This document shows, piece after piece, positions 18,524 to 32,001 of a DNA stretch of 64,000 nucleotides (position 1 is the stretch's first letter; each line of letters begins with the position of its first letter). The position numbers were made by a program, and so were the translations under genes. This stretch comes from an uncultured Eubacteriales bacterium (GTDB lineage: Bacteria; Bacillota; Clostridia; Oscillospirales; CAG-272): positions 756-64,755 of the forward strand of contig CAVEFC010000003.1 of the NCBI GenBank assembly GCA_963614875.1, in the 5' to 3' direction. A model generated the notes under the pieces. It searched no databases, was not told the DNA's origin, and saw only the letters and a program-made list of their open reading frames with translations.

Positions 18524-19111
18524 TCAGAACGGCAGATTTATTATGCCGAGGTCTTCAAGCAGTATTTTTGCGCCGATGAGTATAAGAATTATACCGCCGG
18601 CAAGCTCTGCCTTTGACTTGTATTTCGCACCGAAGAAATTTCCCACAAGCAGTCCGAGCATTGATATTATGCAGGTCACGACGCCTATCGCTATCGCGGA
18701 ATAAAGGAAAGTGCTTTTATCCATTCCGCTTAATGCAAACGAAACTCCGACGGCGAGCGCGTCTATCGAGGTCGCGACGGCGAGAACGAGCATCGTCCCG
18801 ACGGAAAACGACGAATTTTTTTCTTCTGCGGGTTCTTCCTTCGAGAGCGCTTCGCGTATCATATTCACGCCGATTATCAGAAGAAGTCCGAAGGCTATCC
18901 AATGGTCGAAAGTTTTTATGTATTTTTCAAACTGCTTGCCGAGAAAATATCCTATCGTGGGCATCAGCGCCTGAAATATTCCGAAATAAAGCCCGACCGC
19001 GAGCAGATGAGAGATTTTTACCTTTCTTACCGAAAGTCCTTTGCATATGGAAACCGCAAAAGCGTCCATAGAAAGAGCGACGGCTATAACCAATACGTCG
19101 AAAATACCCAA
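18524..19111 (-). CDS. mntP: manganese efflux pump MntP
   Basis: Two DUF204 halves with SMDAFAVS and SIDALAVG motifs. I chose the TTG start at 19111 because AGGAGG lies 8 nt upstream. The ORF-track start at 19171 lies inside the predicted promoter (TTGACT-17-TATATT). Confidence 0.85.
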   Translation of the reverse strand: MGIFDVLVIAVALSMDAFAVSICKGLSVRKVKISHLLAVGLYFGIFQALMPTIGYFLGKQFEKYIKTFDHWIAFGLLLIIGVNMIREALSKEEPAEEKNSSFSVGTMLVLAVATSIDALAVGVSFALSGMDKSTFLYSAIAIGVVTCIISMLGLLVGNFFGAKYKSKAELAGGIILILIGAKILLEDLGIINLPF

Positions 19112-19262
19112 ATTATCGTCCTCCTGCGAAAAAAATCGCTTGTCTAAGCAATATAGCATATTAAAATGCAAAAGTCAATATTCCCGAAAATAAAAATTGA
19201 CATATGAACTCCGCAATGATAAAATGATATAAGATTTTTGTTTTCGGAAAGGTCTTTTTGTT

Positions 19263-20696
19263 ATGAAAAAAAGCGGTGTACTTATGCCGGTGTTTTCGTT
19301 GCCGTTCCCTTACGGCATAGGAACGCTCGGCAAAGGAGCATATAAATTTGCCGATTGGCTGAAAGCGTCGGGAGCGGCGATATGGCAGGTGCTTCCTGTC
19401 GGGCCTACCGGCTACGGCGATTCGCCCTATCAGAGCTTTTCGTCATTTGCGGGAAATCCGTATTTCATAGATCCCGATATGCTTTGTGAGGACGGAATTC
19501 TTCAGGAAAAGGATCTGCCCCGAAAAATTCCCGAAGGAATGGCGATAGATTACGGAGCGCTGTACGTTTCAAGGCGGAAGATGCTGCGCGCGGCATACGA
19601 ACATTCGGGAAAAAGACTGAAGGGCGAAACCGATGAGTTTCTTTCATCGCACCCCGACATACGCGATTACGCGCTGTTTATGGCGCTTAAGGACAGATTC
19701 GGCGGAAAATGCTGGCACGATTTTCCCAAGTGCCTTGTCCGCAGGGAAAAGGCTGCGCTGGAAAAATACAAAAAGCTTCTTGCCGACAGAACGGATTATT
19801 ATGTTTTTGAGCAGTATCTGTTTTTCTCGCAGTGGAAAAAGCTGCGCGGATACGTCAATTCTCTCGGAATTGAGATACTCGGCGATATGCCGATATATGT
19901 GGCGCCGGATTCGGCTGACGTGTGGGCAAATCACAGAAGCTTTCAGCTTGACGGCGACCGCCGTCCGAGCTTTGTCGCGGGAGTTCCGCCGGATTATTTT
20001 TCGCAGGACGGTCAGAAGTGGGGGAATCCCCTTTACGATTGGAAATATATGAAAAATCACGGGTATGAATTTTTCATCCGCAGGGCAAGGGCGGCGTCCG
20101 AGCTTTTCGATACGGTGCGTCTTGACCATTTCATAGGCTTTGCCAATTATTACAGCGTACAGCCCGACGCTCCCGACGCAAAAAACGGTTTCTGGCGCGA
20201 CGGACCGGGGAAAAGTCTTTTTGCGACGATAGAAAAAGAGGTTCCCTCGCTCGGACTTGTGGCTGAGGATCTCGGCATAATTTCCGACAAGGTGATAAAG
20301 CTTCTCAAAAGCACGGGATATCCGTCGATGCGGGTGATACAGTTTGCCTTCGGCGACGACAAAACGAATATGCATCTGCCGGAAAACGTGAGAAAAAACA
20401 CGTTTTATTACACCGGAACGCACGATAATCCGACGACGCTTTCGTGGTGGAACGCTCTTTCGGATGGCGACAGATCGCGCGTGGCGGAAATGCTCGGCAG
20501 AAAGCGGATAAAAGCTCCCGACACGTTTATAAAAGCCGTTATGAATTCGCGCGCGGAAACGGCGATGATACCGATGTGGGATATACTTTCTCTCGGCGAC
20601 GGGGGCAGAGTGAACCGTCCCGGGACAACGGGCGGAAACTGGACGTGGCGTATGGAAAAAATCCCGTGCGAGCCCTTCGATCTTTCGCGCGGATAA
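19263..20696 (+). CDS. malQ: 4-alpha-glucanotransferase (amylomaltase, GH77)
   Basis: 477 aa with the SGVLMPVFSLP..GIG.LG, PVGPTGYGDSPYQS and RLDHFIGF motifs. Confidence 0.92.
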   Translation: MKKSGVLMPVFSLPFPYGIGTLGKGAYKFADWLKASGAAIWQVLPVGPTGYGDSPYQSFSSFAGNPYFIDPDMLCEDGILQEKDLPRKIPEGMAIDYGALYVSRRKMLRAAYEHSGKRLKGETDEFLSSHPDIRDYALFMALKDRFGGKCWHDFPKCLVRREKAALEKYKKLLADRTDYYVFEQYLFFSQWKKLRGYVNSLGIEILGDMPIYVAPDSADVWANHRSFQLDGDRRPSFVAGVPPDYFSQDGQKWGNPLYDWKYMKNHGYEFFIRRARAASELFDTVRLDHFIGFANYYSVQPDAPDAKNGFWRDGPGKSLFATIEKEVPSLGLVAEDLGIISDKVIKLLKSTGYPSMRVIQFAFGDDKTNMHLPENVRKNTFYYTGTHDNPTTLSWWNALSDGDRSRVAEMLGRKRIKAPDTFIKAVMNSRAETAMIPMWDILSLGDGGRVNRPGTTGGNWTWRMEKIPCEPFDLSRG

Positions 20697-20697
20697 G

Positions 20698-21084
20698 CTA
20701 CATTATGCTGCCGATGTCAAAGCTTTCGAGCTTTTTCAGGCGCATAAGACAATCCTTGAATTTCAGGGCGGCGGTGACAAACGATTCACCGTCGCCGTTT
20801 TTGGCGGCGGCGTAAAGCTCGGCTATCGCGTCGTCCGCGCGGTCGATATGACTGTAGCCTATCGTGCAGGCGAATTTGTCTATCGTTTTATCCCATAAAT
20901 CCCACAGGGCTTGAGTTTTTTCAAGCGCTGAGGGAATGTCGGCGTCAAAATCCTCTCTGCTCTGCGGCAGCGCTCGGACGGCTTCGAGCATTTCGTCCGA
21001 GCGGGAGCATATATACGCCGAATTGAATATCGTAAAGGTCAGCACCGCGCACAAAAGCAGAACAGATACTGTAAACGTTTTCAT
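20698..21084 (-). CDS. DUF4363-family small membrane-anchored protein
   Basis: 128 aa. It has an N-terminal TM segment, and its start overlaps the stop of the upstream DUF421 gene by 4 nt, which is the usual DUF421/DUF4363 pairing. Confidence 0.6.
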   Translation of the reverse strand: MKTFTVSVLLLCAVLTFTIFNSAYICSRSDEMLEAVRALPQSREDFDADIPSALEKTQALWDLWDKTIDKFACTIGYSHIDRADDAIAELYAAAKNGDGESFVTAALKFKDCLMRLKKLESFDIGSIM

Positions 21085-21725
21085 TTTGTCTCCTTTTTGT
21101 AGACGGTTACGGCGTCGCCGTCGTCAACGGTCATAAGAAATACCGTTTTTATATCGCGTATTTTTTTATCGGCGAGAATTTTTCCGAGCCATTTTTCGTC
21201 CCTGCCGATATCCTTCAGAACGTAGCTTATTATGTGACCGTCAACAATTACGGGGTGAGCGATGCCCGTGACGGTCGGCGCGTTTTCAAGCGGAAAAACG
21301 GACAGCTGTCCGTTCGGCTCGAATATCGCGTAATCGACGACGGAAGGCGACGGGGCGTCCTTCAACCGAAGCTGACAGAAAAGATCCTCCACGCTCATTC
21401 TCATTTTAGCCATCTCCTTCTGAACGGGCTTTCCGTTACGGACGACGACGCTCGGCTTGCCTTCGAGAATTTTTTTGATTATCGCGGATTTTGTCGAGAG
21501 AAACGACGCGATGACTTCAAGACAGAGAATCACCGTTATGGGAACTATCGCGTGAAGAAGGGGAATGTTGCTGTCCGTTACGGGATTTGACGCTATTTCG
21601 CTTATGAGAAACGCGGTTATCAGCTCCGACACCTGAAGCTGACCTATCTGTCTTTTGCCCGTAAAACGCATCATTGCTATCAGAATTACGTAAATAAGAA
21701 CCGTCCGAACGAATATCGAAGCCAT
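21081..21725 (-). CDS. DUF421 (YetF-like) membrane protein
   Basis: 214 aa. It has the RFTGKRQIGQLQVSELI motif and a YetF_C-like C-terminal domain. Confidence 0.8.
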   Translation of the reverse strand: MASIFVRTVLIYVILIAMMRFTGKRQIGQLQVSELITAFLISEIASNPVTDSNIPLLHAIVPITVILCLEVIASFLSTKSAIIKKILEGKPSVVVRNGKPVQKEMAKMRMSVEDLFCQLRLKDAPSPSVVDYAIFEPNGQLSVFPLENAPTVTGIAHPVIVDGHIISYVLKDIGRDEKWLGKILADKKIRDIKTVFLMTVDDGDAVTVYKKETK

Positions 21726-21881
21726 ATTTCCTCCGCAAAAAAGAGCTTTTTTATTATGTTTACGAAAAAAACATAAAATATTTATTGAAAATAGTATCGA
21801 TATAGGATATAATTAACTTGCATTATTTTATAAACGTCTGCGCAGATGCTTTTTTGCGCGGCGAACGTGAAGGGATAACAT

Positions 21882-22862
21882 ATGAACATTGACGGAAACG
21901 GTATGGAATACGCTGTCGGCGAATACAGCGTCGAGCTGAAAAAAATCGCCGACGAATTCAGGCTTGAAAAAATATATGTTCCGGAGGGCTGGGAAAAGAA
22001 GCCCGTAAAAAGCTCCGACGTAAGCCGCCCGGGACTTGCGCTCGGCGGATTTTTCGATTGCTTCGATCACAAGCGTATTCAGCTTGTGGGCAACGCCGAA
22101 TCGGAATATCTCGGCTCGGTGACCTCCGAAGAAAGAAAAAAGAAGTCCGAGGCGCTTTTTGAAAAGGGAATTCCAGCGCTCATAGTCACGACGGAGCTTC
22201 CCGTTTTTGACGAAATGCTCGCCGCCGCGGAAAAATATTCCGTTCCGGTGTTCCGCACGCCTCAGAAATCGTCGGAATTTCAGGCGGCGCTCATAGCGGC
22301 GCTCAATATTTACCTCGCGCCGAGAATAACACGTCACGGCGTGCTTGTCGAGGTCTACGGCGAGGGAATACTTATGCTCGGCGAAAGCGGAGTTGGCAAA
22401 AGCGAAACGGCGATAGAGCTTGTAAAGCGCGGTCACAGATTTATCGCGGACGACGCCGTTGAGATAAAAAAGGTTTCGGCAAAGACGCTTGTAGGCTCCG
22501 CGCCGGAAATAATAAGACACTTTATAGAGCTTCGCGGAATAGGAATAGTCGACGTCCGCAGGCTTTTCGGTATGGGCGCCGTAAAGGAAACGGAAAAAAT
22601 AGATATGGTCATAAAGCTCGAGCAGTGGGACAAGAACAAAATCTATGACAGGCTCGGTCTTGAACAGGAAACGACGAACATTCTCGGAATAGAAGTCCCG
22701 ACGACGACAATCCCCGTAAGACCGGGAAGAAACCTTGCGATTATTCTTGAAATAGCCGCAATGAACAACCGTCAGAAAAAGATGGGCTACAACACTGCCG
22801 AGGAATTCAACAAACGAATGAACAAGCTCCTTTCGGGAGGGGCAGAGGAGAACAATGAATAA
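21882..22862 (+). CDS. hprK: HPr kinase/phosphorylase
   Basis: 326 aa with Walker A GESGVGKSE, then LVKRGHRFIADD and ELRGIGI. Confidence 0.95.
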   Translation: MNIDGNGMEYAVGEYSVELKKIADEFRLEKIYVPEGWEKKPVKSSDVSRPGLALGGFFDCFDHKRIQLVGNAESEYLGSVTSEERKKKSEALFEKGIPALIVTTELPVFDEMLAAAEKYSVPVFRTPQKSSEFQAALIAALNIYLAPRITRHGVLVEVYGEGILMLGESGVGKSETAIELVKRGHRFIADDAVEIKKVSAKTLVGSAPEIIRHFIELRGIGIVDVRRLFGMGAVKETEKIDMVIKLEQWDKNKIYDRLGLEQETTNILGIEVPTTTIPVRPGRNLAIILEIAAMNNRQKKMGYNTAEEFNKRMNKLLSGGAEENNE

Positions 22863-23940
22863 CGATATGAAAAACGGAGAAACGGGAAACAGAATGGTTT
22901 CCCCCACGGTGCCGGCAATATTGCTGCTTGTGTTTGCGGTCGCGGCGGCTCTGTGCTTTATAGCGGGCTTCGGGCTTTTCGGCGCGGTTCTTATGATGAT
23001 GTCCTCGGCTATGCTTGCGATAATCATCTGTATGGGCGCGTCGGTTGCGGGCTGTATAGTCTGTCCGCTTTCGGCGGCGCTCGGCGCCGGAATACTTACC
23101 CTGTCCGGAAAGGGCGTTGAAAGCGTTATCGCCTTCTGCACCTTTATAGCCGTCGGCGGAGTGCTTGCCGTCTGCCTCACAAACAAAAGCGGCAGGACGG
23201 GCACGATCGTCGCAATGTCGGCGGCGGCGGGACTTATGCTTTTCATTTCGGTTGCGGTGCTTTATTTCCGCGCCGGAGGCGAGCTTTCGGCAGAGGGAAT
23301 CATCGCCTTCTTTGACGAAAAGGTCGATGCCGTCCGCAAGCCGCTTCTCGAATACGCGGAAAGCCTTTCCGAAAGGCTTCTTGCGCTCGGCTACAAGGTC
23401 GAAACGGACGGGCTGAAAGAAAGTGTAAACACGATGATAACATCAATGATATCGCTTCTTCCGGGGCTTATAATAGCCGCACTTGAAATAACGTGCTGGC
23501 TTACCACCTGCTTTGCAAAGCTTTTTGCGCGCAAAGCACATTGCGAGGTCATACTTCCTTCTCCCCGTTGGGAGCTTTATCCCTCAATGGTCACGGTGAT
23601 AATATACGCGGCTTCCTGCGTGATATTTGCGATATGCTATATAATAGCGCTGTTTTCTTCGTCGGGCTCGGTTGTCGGAATAGTTATGTATAACCTTATT
23701 TTCGTCACCTCGCCCGTATTCATAGCGATAGGCTTTTCCTCCGCGTTCGGAGCAAGAAATCCGAGAGCTTCGGGCAGAAGAGGTATGTCAACCTTTATTT
23801 TCATTATGCTCGTGCTGCTTGCTCCGCAGCTTGCGCTCACGCTGCTTTCGATAATCGGCGCGGTTTATGTGTTTGCAAAGAGAAAAGCCGAATCGGACGA
23901 CGAAGACGACAATTCGTCGGATCGGCAGAATATGATATGA
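22855..23940 (+). CDS. polytopic membrane protein, YybS/DUF2232-like (assignment mainly by position upstream of gdpP)
   Basis: 361 aa with many TM segments. Its start overlaps the hprK stop (ATGAATAA), and gdpP follows 37 nt later, as in the yybS-gdpP arrangement. Confidence 0.5.
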   Translation: MNNDMKNGETGNRMVSPTVPAILLLVFAVAAALCFIAGFGLFGAVLMMMSSAMLAIIICMGASVAGCIVCPLSAALGAGILTLSGKGVESVIAFCTFIAVGGVLAVCLTNKSGRTGTIVAMSAAAGLMLFISVAVLYFRAGGELSAEGIIAFFDEKVDAVRKPLLEYAESLSERLLALGYKVETDGLKESVNTMITSMISLLPGLIIAALEITCWLTTCFAKLFARKAHCEVILPSPRWELYPSMVTVIIYAASCVIFAICYIIALFSSSGSVVGIVMYNLIFVTSPVFIAIGFSSAFGARNPRASGRRGMSTFIFIMLVLLAPQLALTLLSIIGAVYVFAKRKAESDDEDDNSSDRQNMI

Positions 23941-23977
23941 AGCACAGCTTTCTCAAATAAACTGAAAGGATATTATT

Positions 23978-26020
23978 ATGTCGGAAAATTCAAACGGTAA
24001 GAAGAAAAGACAGTTTCCGCTGGGGATAATATGCGCGGTGCTCGGTATCGTGGCGCTTGCCGCCGTGGTTATCGGCACGATATACGGCAAGGGAGATCCC
24101 GTTTATATCGCCATGTACGGACTCGGCGGATATATGATCTGTATTCTTGTGATAGGAATAGTCGAGCTTATCCGCGGAGCTATGGGAGGCAAAGTGCTGA
24201 GCGAGGTAAAAAGCTCGGTGTTCGGCAATCTTTCGCTCGATTTTATTCAGAAGCTCTATATGCCGGTGGTCATCTGCGACGAGAAGGGAAAGATAGTGTG
24301 GTACAACACCGCGCTTTCGTCGCGCTTCCGTTCGCGCACGATGGTTTTCGGAAAATATATAGACAACATCTGCGACGCAACGATAGAACGCATAGTAAAG
24401 GACGAGGACGAATTCGGCACGGAGGTAACCTTTTCCTCCGAAATAGACGCGGGCGGCTCGGACGAATGCTTCAGGGCAAAGGGCTATAAGGTCACGGCTC
24501 ACGGAAGAACGTATTATATGGCGATATTCGCCGATTATACCGAAACGAGAGCGCTTGCCGAAAGACTCAAGGACGAGGATACGATAGTGGCTTATGCCGT
24601 TATAGACAACCTTGACGAGCTTATGCAGTACGTTCAGGAGCTTTACGATACGGCGGCGTCGGACGTCGAGGCGATACTGCGCAAGCATATGGAAGCCGTC
24701 GGCGGAATAGTGCGCGAATACGCGAACAACAAATTCATCTGCGTGTTTGCGGCAAAATATCTTGAACAGTTCGAGGAAGACAAGTTCTCCATACTTGACG
24801 AGGTGCGCGAGATATACGTCGGCGAAACGTCAATGCCCGTTACGATATCCATAGGTATTGCAAAGATAAGCGGCACGCTTTACGAAAAGGAAAGAGTCAC
24901 GCAGTCGGCTCTTGACCTTGCCCTTCAGCGCGGCGGCGATCAGGTTGTAGTGAAAAGCGCCGACGGCGTGGATTTCTACGGCGGAAAGACAAAAGCCGTT
25001 CAGAAACGTACAAAGGTGCGTTCGCGCGTTATCGCGGGCGAATTTATGGCGCTCCTGAAAAAAAGCTCGAACGTTATCGTTATGGGACATCGCTTTGCCG
25101 ATTTCGACGCGCTTGCCTCCTGTCTTGCCGTGGCAAGACTTGCGACGACGTGCGGAGTGAAAGTAAACATAGTAAGCGACAAAAACGACAGAAATCTTGC
25201 GCCGTGCTTTGCCCGTCTTGAAGAATACCCCGAATATGCGGCGCTTTTCGTTGACAAAATAGAAGCGCAGGATCTTATCCGCAGCGATACGCTTGCCGTT
25301 GTCGTTGACGTAAACAATCTTTCGTTCTGTGAAGCGCCCGACGTGGTAAGCAATGTAAGCAATCTTGTGATAATAGACCACCACAGAAAAACGGGCGAAT
25401 ACAAAATCCGCCCGAGCATTGTGTATATAGAGCCTTCGGCGTCGTCCGCGTCGGAGCTGCTTTCGGAATTTCTTGAGCAGGTGCTTCCCGCGGGAACGCT
25501 TCCCAAGGTTGAAGCGGATCTGCTTTTTGCCGGACTTCTGCTCGATACAAAGCGTTTTACTCACAATACGGGTACAAGAACGTTTTCTTCGGCACTGTAT
25601 CTGCGCGGAGAGGGCGCAAGCCCGACGGACGCGGAAAACCTTTTCAAAACGGGAATAAAGGAATTCCTCAGCGAAGCCAAGTTTGAAAGCAATGTCGTTA
25701 TATATAAATCGGTAATTGCGATAGCACTAAACGACGCTGAGTCAAATTCTCCGCTTATGAGAGTTTCGGCGGCAAAGGCTGCGGACAGACTTCTTTCGGT
25801 TGAAGGCGTTCAGGCGGCGTTCGCGCTCTGCAGAATAGACGATACCGTTCATATATCGGCGCGTTCGCAGGGAACGATAAACGTTCAGCTCATTCTTGAA
25901 AAAATGGGCGGCGGCGGACATTTCGATTCGGCAGGCGCACAGGTAAAGAACTCTTCCACTTCAACGGCGCTGACAACGCTCCGCTCCGCAATAGACGAAT
26001 ATCTTGCGGAAAATCTTTGA
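23978..26020 (+). CDS. gdpP: cyclic-di-AMP phosphodiesterase GdpP (2 TM, PAS-like, degenerate GGDEF, DHH/DHHA1)
   Basis: 680 aa. Two N-terminal TM helices, the DHH motif region (GHRFADFDA, IIDHH) and a DHHA1 GGGH motif near the C-terminus. Confidence 0.9.
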   Translation: MSENSNGKKKRQFPLGIICAVLGIVALAAVVIGTIYGKGDPVYIAMYGLGGYMICILVIGIVELIRGAMGGKVLSEVKSSVFGNLSLDFIQKLYMPVVICDEKGKIVWYNTALSSRFRSRTMVFGKYIDNICDATIERIVKDEDEFGTEVTFSSEIDAGGSDECFRAKGYKVTAHGRTYYMAIFADYTETRALAERLKDEDTIVAYAVIDNLDELMQYVQELYDTAASDVEAILRKHMEAVGGIVREYANNKFICVFAAKYLEQFEEDKFSILDEVREIYVGETSMPVTISIGIAKISGTLYEKERVTQSALDLALQRGGDQVVVKSADGVDFYGGKTKAVQKRTKVRSRVIAGEFMALLKKSSNVIVMGHRFADFDALASCLAVARLATTCGVKVNIVSDKNDRNLAPCFARLEEYPEYAALFVDKIEAQDLIRSDTLAVVVDVNNLSFCEAPDVVSNVSNLVIIDHHRKTGEYKIRPSIVYIEPSASSASELLSEFLEQVLPAGTLPKVEADLLFAGLLLDTKRFTHNTGTRTFSSALYLRGEGASPTDAENLFKTGIKEFLSEAKFESNVVIYKSVIAIALNDAESNSPLMRVSAAKAADRLLSVEGVQAAFALCRIDDTVHISARSQGTINVQLILEKMGGGGHFDSAGAQVKNSSTSTALTTLRSAIDEYLAENL

Positions 26021-26032
26021 TTTGTAAAACAG

Positions 26033-26067
26033 AAAACCGGCAGGGGAAAAACCCTGCCGTTTTTTTG
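26033..26067. terminator. bidirectional intrinsic terminator between gdpP and the GH20 gene
   Basis: Stem CGGCAGGG / CCCTGCCG with an A-run before and a T7 run after. Confidence 0.8.
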
Positions 26068-26072
26068 CGCCG

Positions 26073-27704
26073 TCAGAGATTGCTCTGACTTGCCGCTCTT
26101 GCGTAGCTGTTGAAAAATCCGAGTCTGCCGGTGAAATCCCTGCCGTTGCCGTCACAGCAGAGAAGCTCGTCTTCAAGCTCGCCTACGGAGGAAAGCTTTC
26201 CCGAAAGGTAATCGGAAAGACGTTTTTCGCAGGTTTCGAGTCTTGACGCAAGCCCGCCGAGACGAAGATCGATCACCTCGTAGCCTTCGGGCTTTTTGTC
26301 GGTGAACCACGCCGTGTAAAATTCTTTTCTGAACGCGTCAAGACGTTTGCGCGCCTTGCCGAAATCGGAAAGAACCTTTTCAAGCTCGGCTTTGTCGCCC
26401 GCCCTGTAAGCTTTTCTTGCTCTTGCGCCGAGCGCATACTTGTATTCGAGCAGATCGCACAGCGCCTTTGCCGAACGGAACAGATAAGCATATTCGCCGC
26501 CTTCGGCAAGAGGAGCAAGCTTTTCGGAGGCTTCGGAATAATATTTGTCCTCGTCAAAGCGGACGACGGAATCATATCTTCCGAGGAAAGGATCGTTGTA
26601 AAGCATAAATTTTGAAGGGTTGCGTATATAGGACGTTATATATTTTTTCGGCGTCATCTCAATTGGAAGCGCGTCCGGAAGATCGAGCTTTGAAAAATCG
26701 TCGTAGCTTATGCCGACAAGCTCTTCAAAGCCGGCTTTGATTTTATTCATATCCGTTTCGCCTTCGGCTTTTTTCGCCGCATAATACATTGCCGGAAGCA
26801 CGGAGAATACGGAACATTCCGCTCCGCCGTCGCCCCACATCGTCATAAACGCGTTGCGGATGCCGTTTTCGATACAGCTTTCAAGCGACGGATCTATCAC
26901 ACGGAGCGACAGCTCGTTGTGAGGCGTAAAGCCCGACCACGTCCATATTCCGCCCGCAAACCATACATTGTCGGAAAGCAGCTTGTGATTTCTGAACATT
27001 ATATCGTACCTTTCCTTTTGCAGGGAATAATAGTCCCAATAGATCTGAGCCATACCGTCCGGAACCATTGCGCGCTCCTTTTCGGTTATCACTATGCCCT
27101 CAGGTCTGTAATCGCCGCCCGTTGCAAGACGGAAAAACATATCGCTCCACATCATAGGCTCAAAGCCGTGCTTTTTTGCAAGCTCGGTTACCTTTTCGGC
27201 GTGACGGCGAAGAATATCGTATCTGTTCGTGTAGCCGTGAATATCAAGATATTTTCCGAGACCGACCATATGGGCTTCGTCCATTCCCACGTTTATTCTT
27301 CTTGACGTGTACGCTTTTTCGCAGGCGTCGAACATTTTGTCTATCAGCGCATATACGCGCTCGTCGTCGGCAAGAAGAATATCGTTGCAGTCAAAGAGCT
27401 GATCGTAAGGGTCCTGAGCGCGAAGTCTGCCGAGGTGGGCAAGAGTCTGTATGCAGGGAATAAGCTCTATTCCTTTGTTTTTCGCGTAGGCGTCGATTTC
27501 TTTTATTTCAGCCTGAGTGTATCTTCCTCTGAAATAGCCGAAATAAGGCTCGCCTTCAACCTCGTAGGTGTCCTCCGTATAAAGCAGGAGGGCATTGTAG
27601 CCCATTGCTGACATAAGGTCAATAAAGCGCTTCAGTGCGCCGACGGTATATACCGCGTTTCTCGAACAGTCGATCATTATGCCGAAAGTATCAAAATTTT
27701 TCAT
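26073..27704 (-). CDS. glycoside hydrolase family 20 beta-N-acetylhexosaminidase-like protein (cytoplasmic)
   Basis: MIDCSRN, a TIM-barrel pattern and the catalytic-pair-like VGMDEAH. I chose the start at 27704 (MKNFDTFG). The alternative at 27749 lacks an RBS. Confidence 0.7.
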   Translation of the reverse strand: MKNFDTFGIMIDCSRNAVYTVGALKRFIDLMSAMGYNALLLYTEDTYEVEGEPYFGYFRGRYTQAEIKEIDAYAKNKGIELIPCIQTLAHLGRLRAQDPYDQLFDCNDILLADDERVYALIDKMFDACEKAYTSRRINVGMDEAHMVGLGKYLDIHGYTNRYDILRRHAEKVTELAKKHGFEPMMWSDMFFRLATGGDYRPEGIVITEKERAMVPDGMAQIYWDYYSLQKERYDIMFRNHKLLSDNVWFAGGIWTWSGFTPHNELSLRVIDPSLESCIENGIRNAFMTMWGDGGAECSVFSVLPAMYYAAKKAEGETDMNKIKAGFEELVGISYDDFSKLDLPDALPIEMTPKKYITSYIRNPSKFMLYNDPFLGRYDSVVRFDEDKYYSEASEKLAPLAEGGEYAYLFRSAKALCDLLEYKYALGARARKAYRAGDKAELEKVLSDFGKARKRLDAFRKEFYTAWFTDKKPEGYEVIDLRLGGLASRLETCEKRLSDYLSGKLSSVGELEDELLCCDGNGRDFTGRLGFFNSYARAASQSNL

Positions 27705-27866
27705 AAGGAAAGTATCTCCCGTAAAGTTATTGGTAATTATATTATACATACATTTTCGGAGTTGTCCATTTATTTTGAAAAAATCGCCCGAAAAATATTA
27801 AAGTATTTACAAACCGCGCAGAGTTGTGTTAGAATATATGCAAAGAAAACAATATCAGAGGAAGAA

Positions 27867-28739
27867 ATGAAAAAGGAAAACAATCCGAAGCTGATAAAAG
27901 AAGTGATAATGCTTACCGCCGGAACGCTTATAACGGCGCTCGGCGTTTACTTCTTCAAAATTCCGAACAATTTTTCAACCGGCGGAATGAGCGGTATTTC
28001 GATTATTCTCGGCAATCTTGTAAAGGGAGTAAGTCCGGCGAATTTTATATTCATACTCAACATTGTATTTATGCTGCTCGGCTTTGCCTTTGTGGGAAAG
28101 GATTTCGGCTGGAAAACAATATATTGCAGTCTGCTTTTTTCGGGAGCCGTGCAGGTGCTTGAATGGGTAGTGCCTATGTCCGCGCCGTTTACCGATCAGA
28201 AAATGCTGGAGCTTGCCTTTGCCGGAATAATTCCCGCGGTGGGAACGGCGATAACCTTCAAATACGGCGGAAGTACGGGCGGAACGGATATAATAGCGAT
28301 GATTCTCCGCAAGAAGATAAAGTCCGACATAAGCATTTCGATGATGATAGCTGACGCCGTGATAGCGGCTTCAACGATATTCTTTATAAACGTCGAAACG
28401 GGACTGTATTCCATACTCGGTATGCTGCTGAAATCATTTATGGTTCAGGCGGCGATCGGCGTTATCAACCGCAGAAAAACATTGCTTATAATCACGACAA
28501 AGCCCGAAGAGGTTGAGGAATATATCACAAAGGCTCTTCACAGGGGCGCGACGGTATGGAAGGCTTCGGGCGCGTATACACACGAGGACAAAGCCGTGCT
28601 TTTCGCCGCGATGACTCCTTATCAGGCGGCGGAGGTACGCGACTATACAAAGAAGATAGACGATATGGCTTTTGTCACGGTTATAAACTCAAACGAAATA
28701 TACGGAAAAGGCTTTATGTCCTTCAAGGACAACGTATAA
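27867..28739 (+). CDS. YitT family membrane protein (DUF2179 C-terminal domain)
   Basis: KIPNNFSTGGMSGISII and GGSTGGTDI motifs. I chose the start at 27867 (MKKEN). Confidence 0.8.
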   Translation: MKKENNPKLIKEVIMLTAGTLITALGVYFFKIPNNFSTGGMSGISIILGNLVKGVSPANFIFILNIVFMLLGFAFVGKDFGWKTIYCSLLFSGAVQVLEWVVPMSAPFTDQKMLELAFAGIIPAVGTAITFKYGGSTGGTDIIAMILRKKIKSDISISMMIADAVIAASTIFFINVETGLYSILGMLLKSFMVQAAIGVINRRKTLLIITTKPEEVEEYITKALHRGATVWKASGAYTHEDKAVLFAAMTPYQAAEVRDYTKKIDDMAFVTVINSNEIYGKGFMSFKDNV

Positions 28740-28807
28740 AACGGAAAATCCGATGTGCGTCTGTGCATCGGCACGAAAAATGCCCCCTTTTTTTCGGGGG
28801 CATTTTA

Positions 28808-31747
<2,940 letters not shown>

Positions 31748-32001
31748 TTATATTTTTACCGACTCGGGTTCAAGCCTGCTCAAACCCTGAAAAATTATTG
31801 CGACTGATATCTGTTTTTTCCGCGCGGGCTTAATCCTTTTGCGCTTGTTTTGTTATATGATTGTATCACACAAATAAAATTCTGTCAATTATGCGCGAAA
31901 TTCTTTGCGCTGTTTTCAAAAAAATCTTGTTATTGACCTGTGAGCTGTGATATAATGATTTATGTAAAAATATCATTTGTTGCCGAAAGGAAAAAATAAT
32001 T

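Noticed and set aside
19112-19262. I looked for a yybP-ykoY manganese riboswitch upstream of mntP.
   Set aside because: The promoter TTGACT-17-TATATT lies about 35 nt from the TTG start. The 151-nt intergenic region is shared with the divergent malQ promoter, and I saw no conserved riboswitch blocks.
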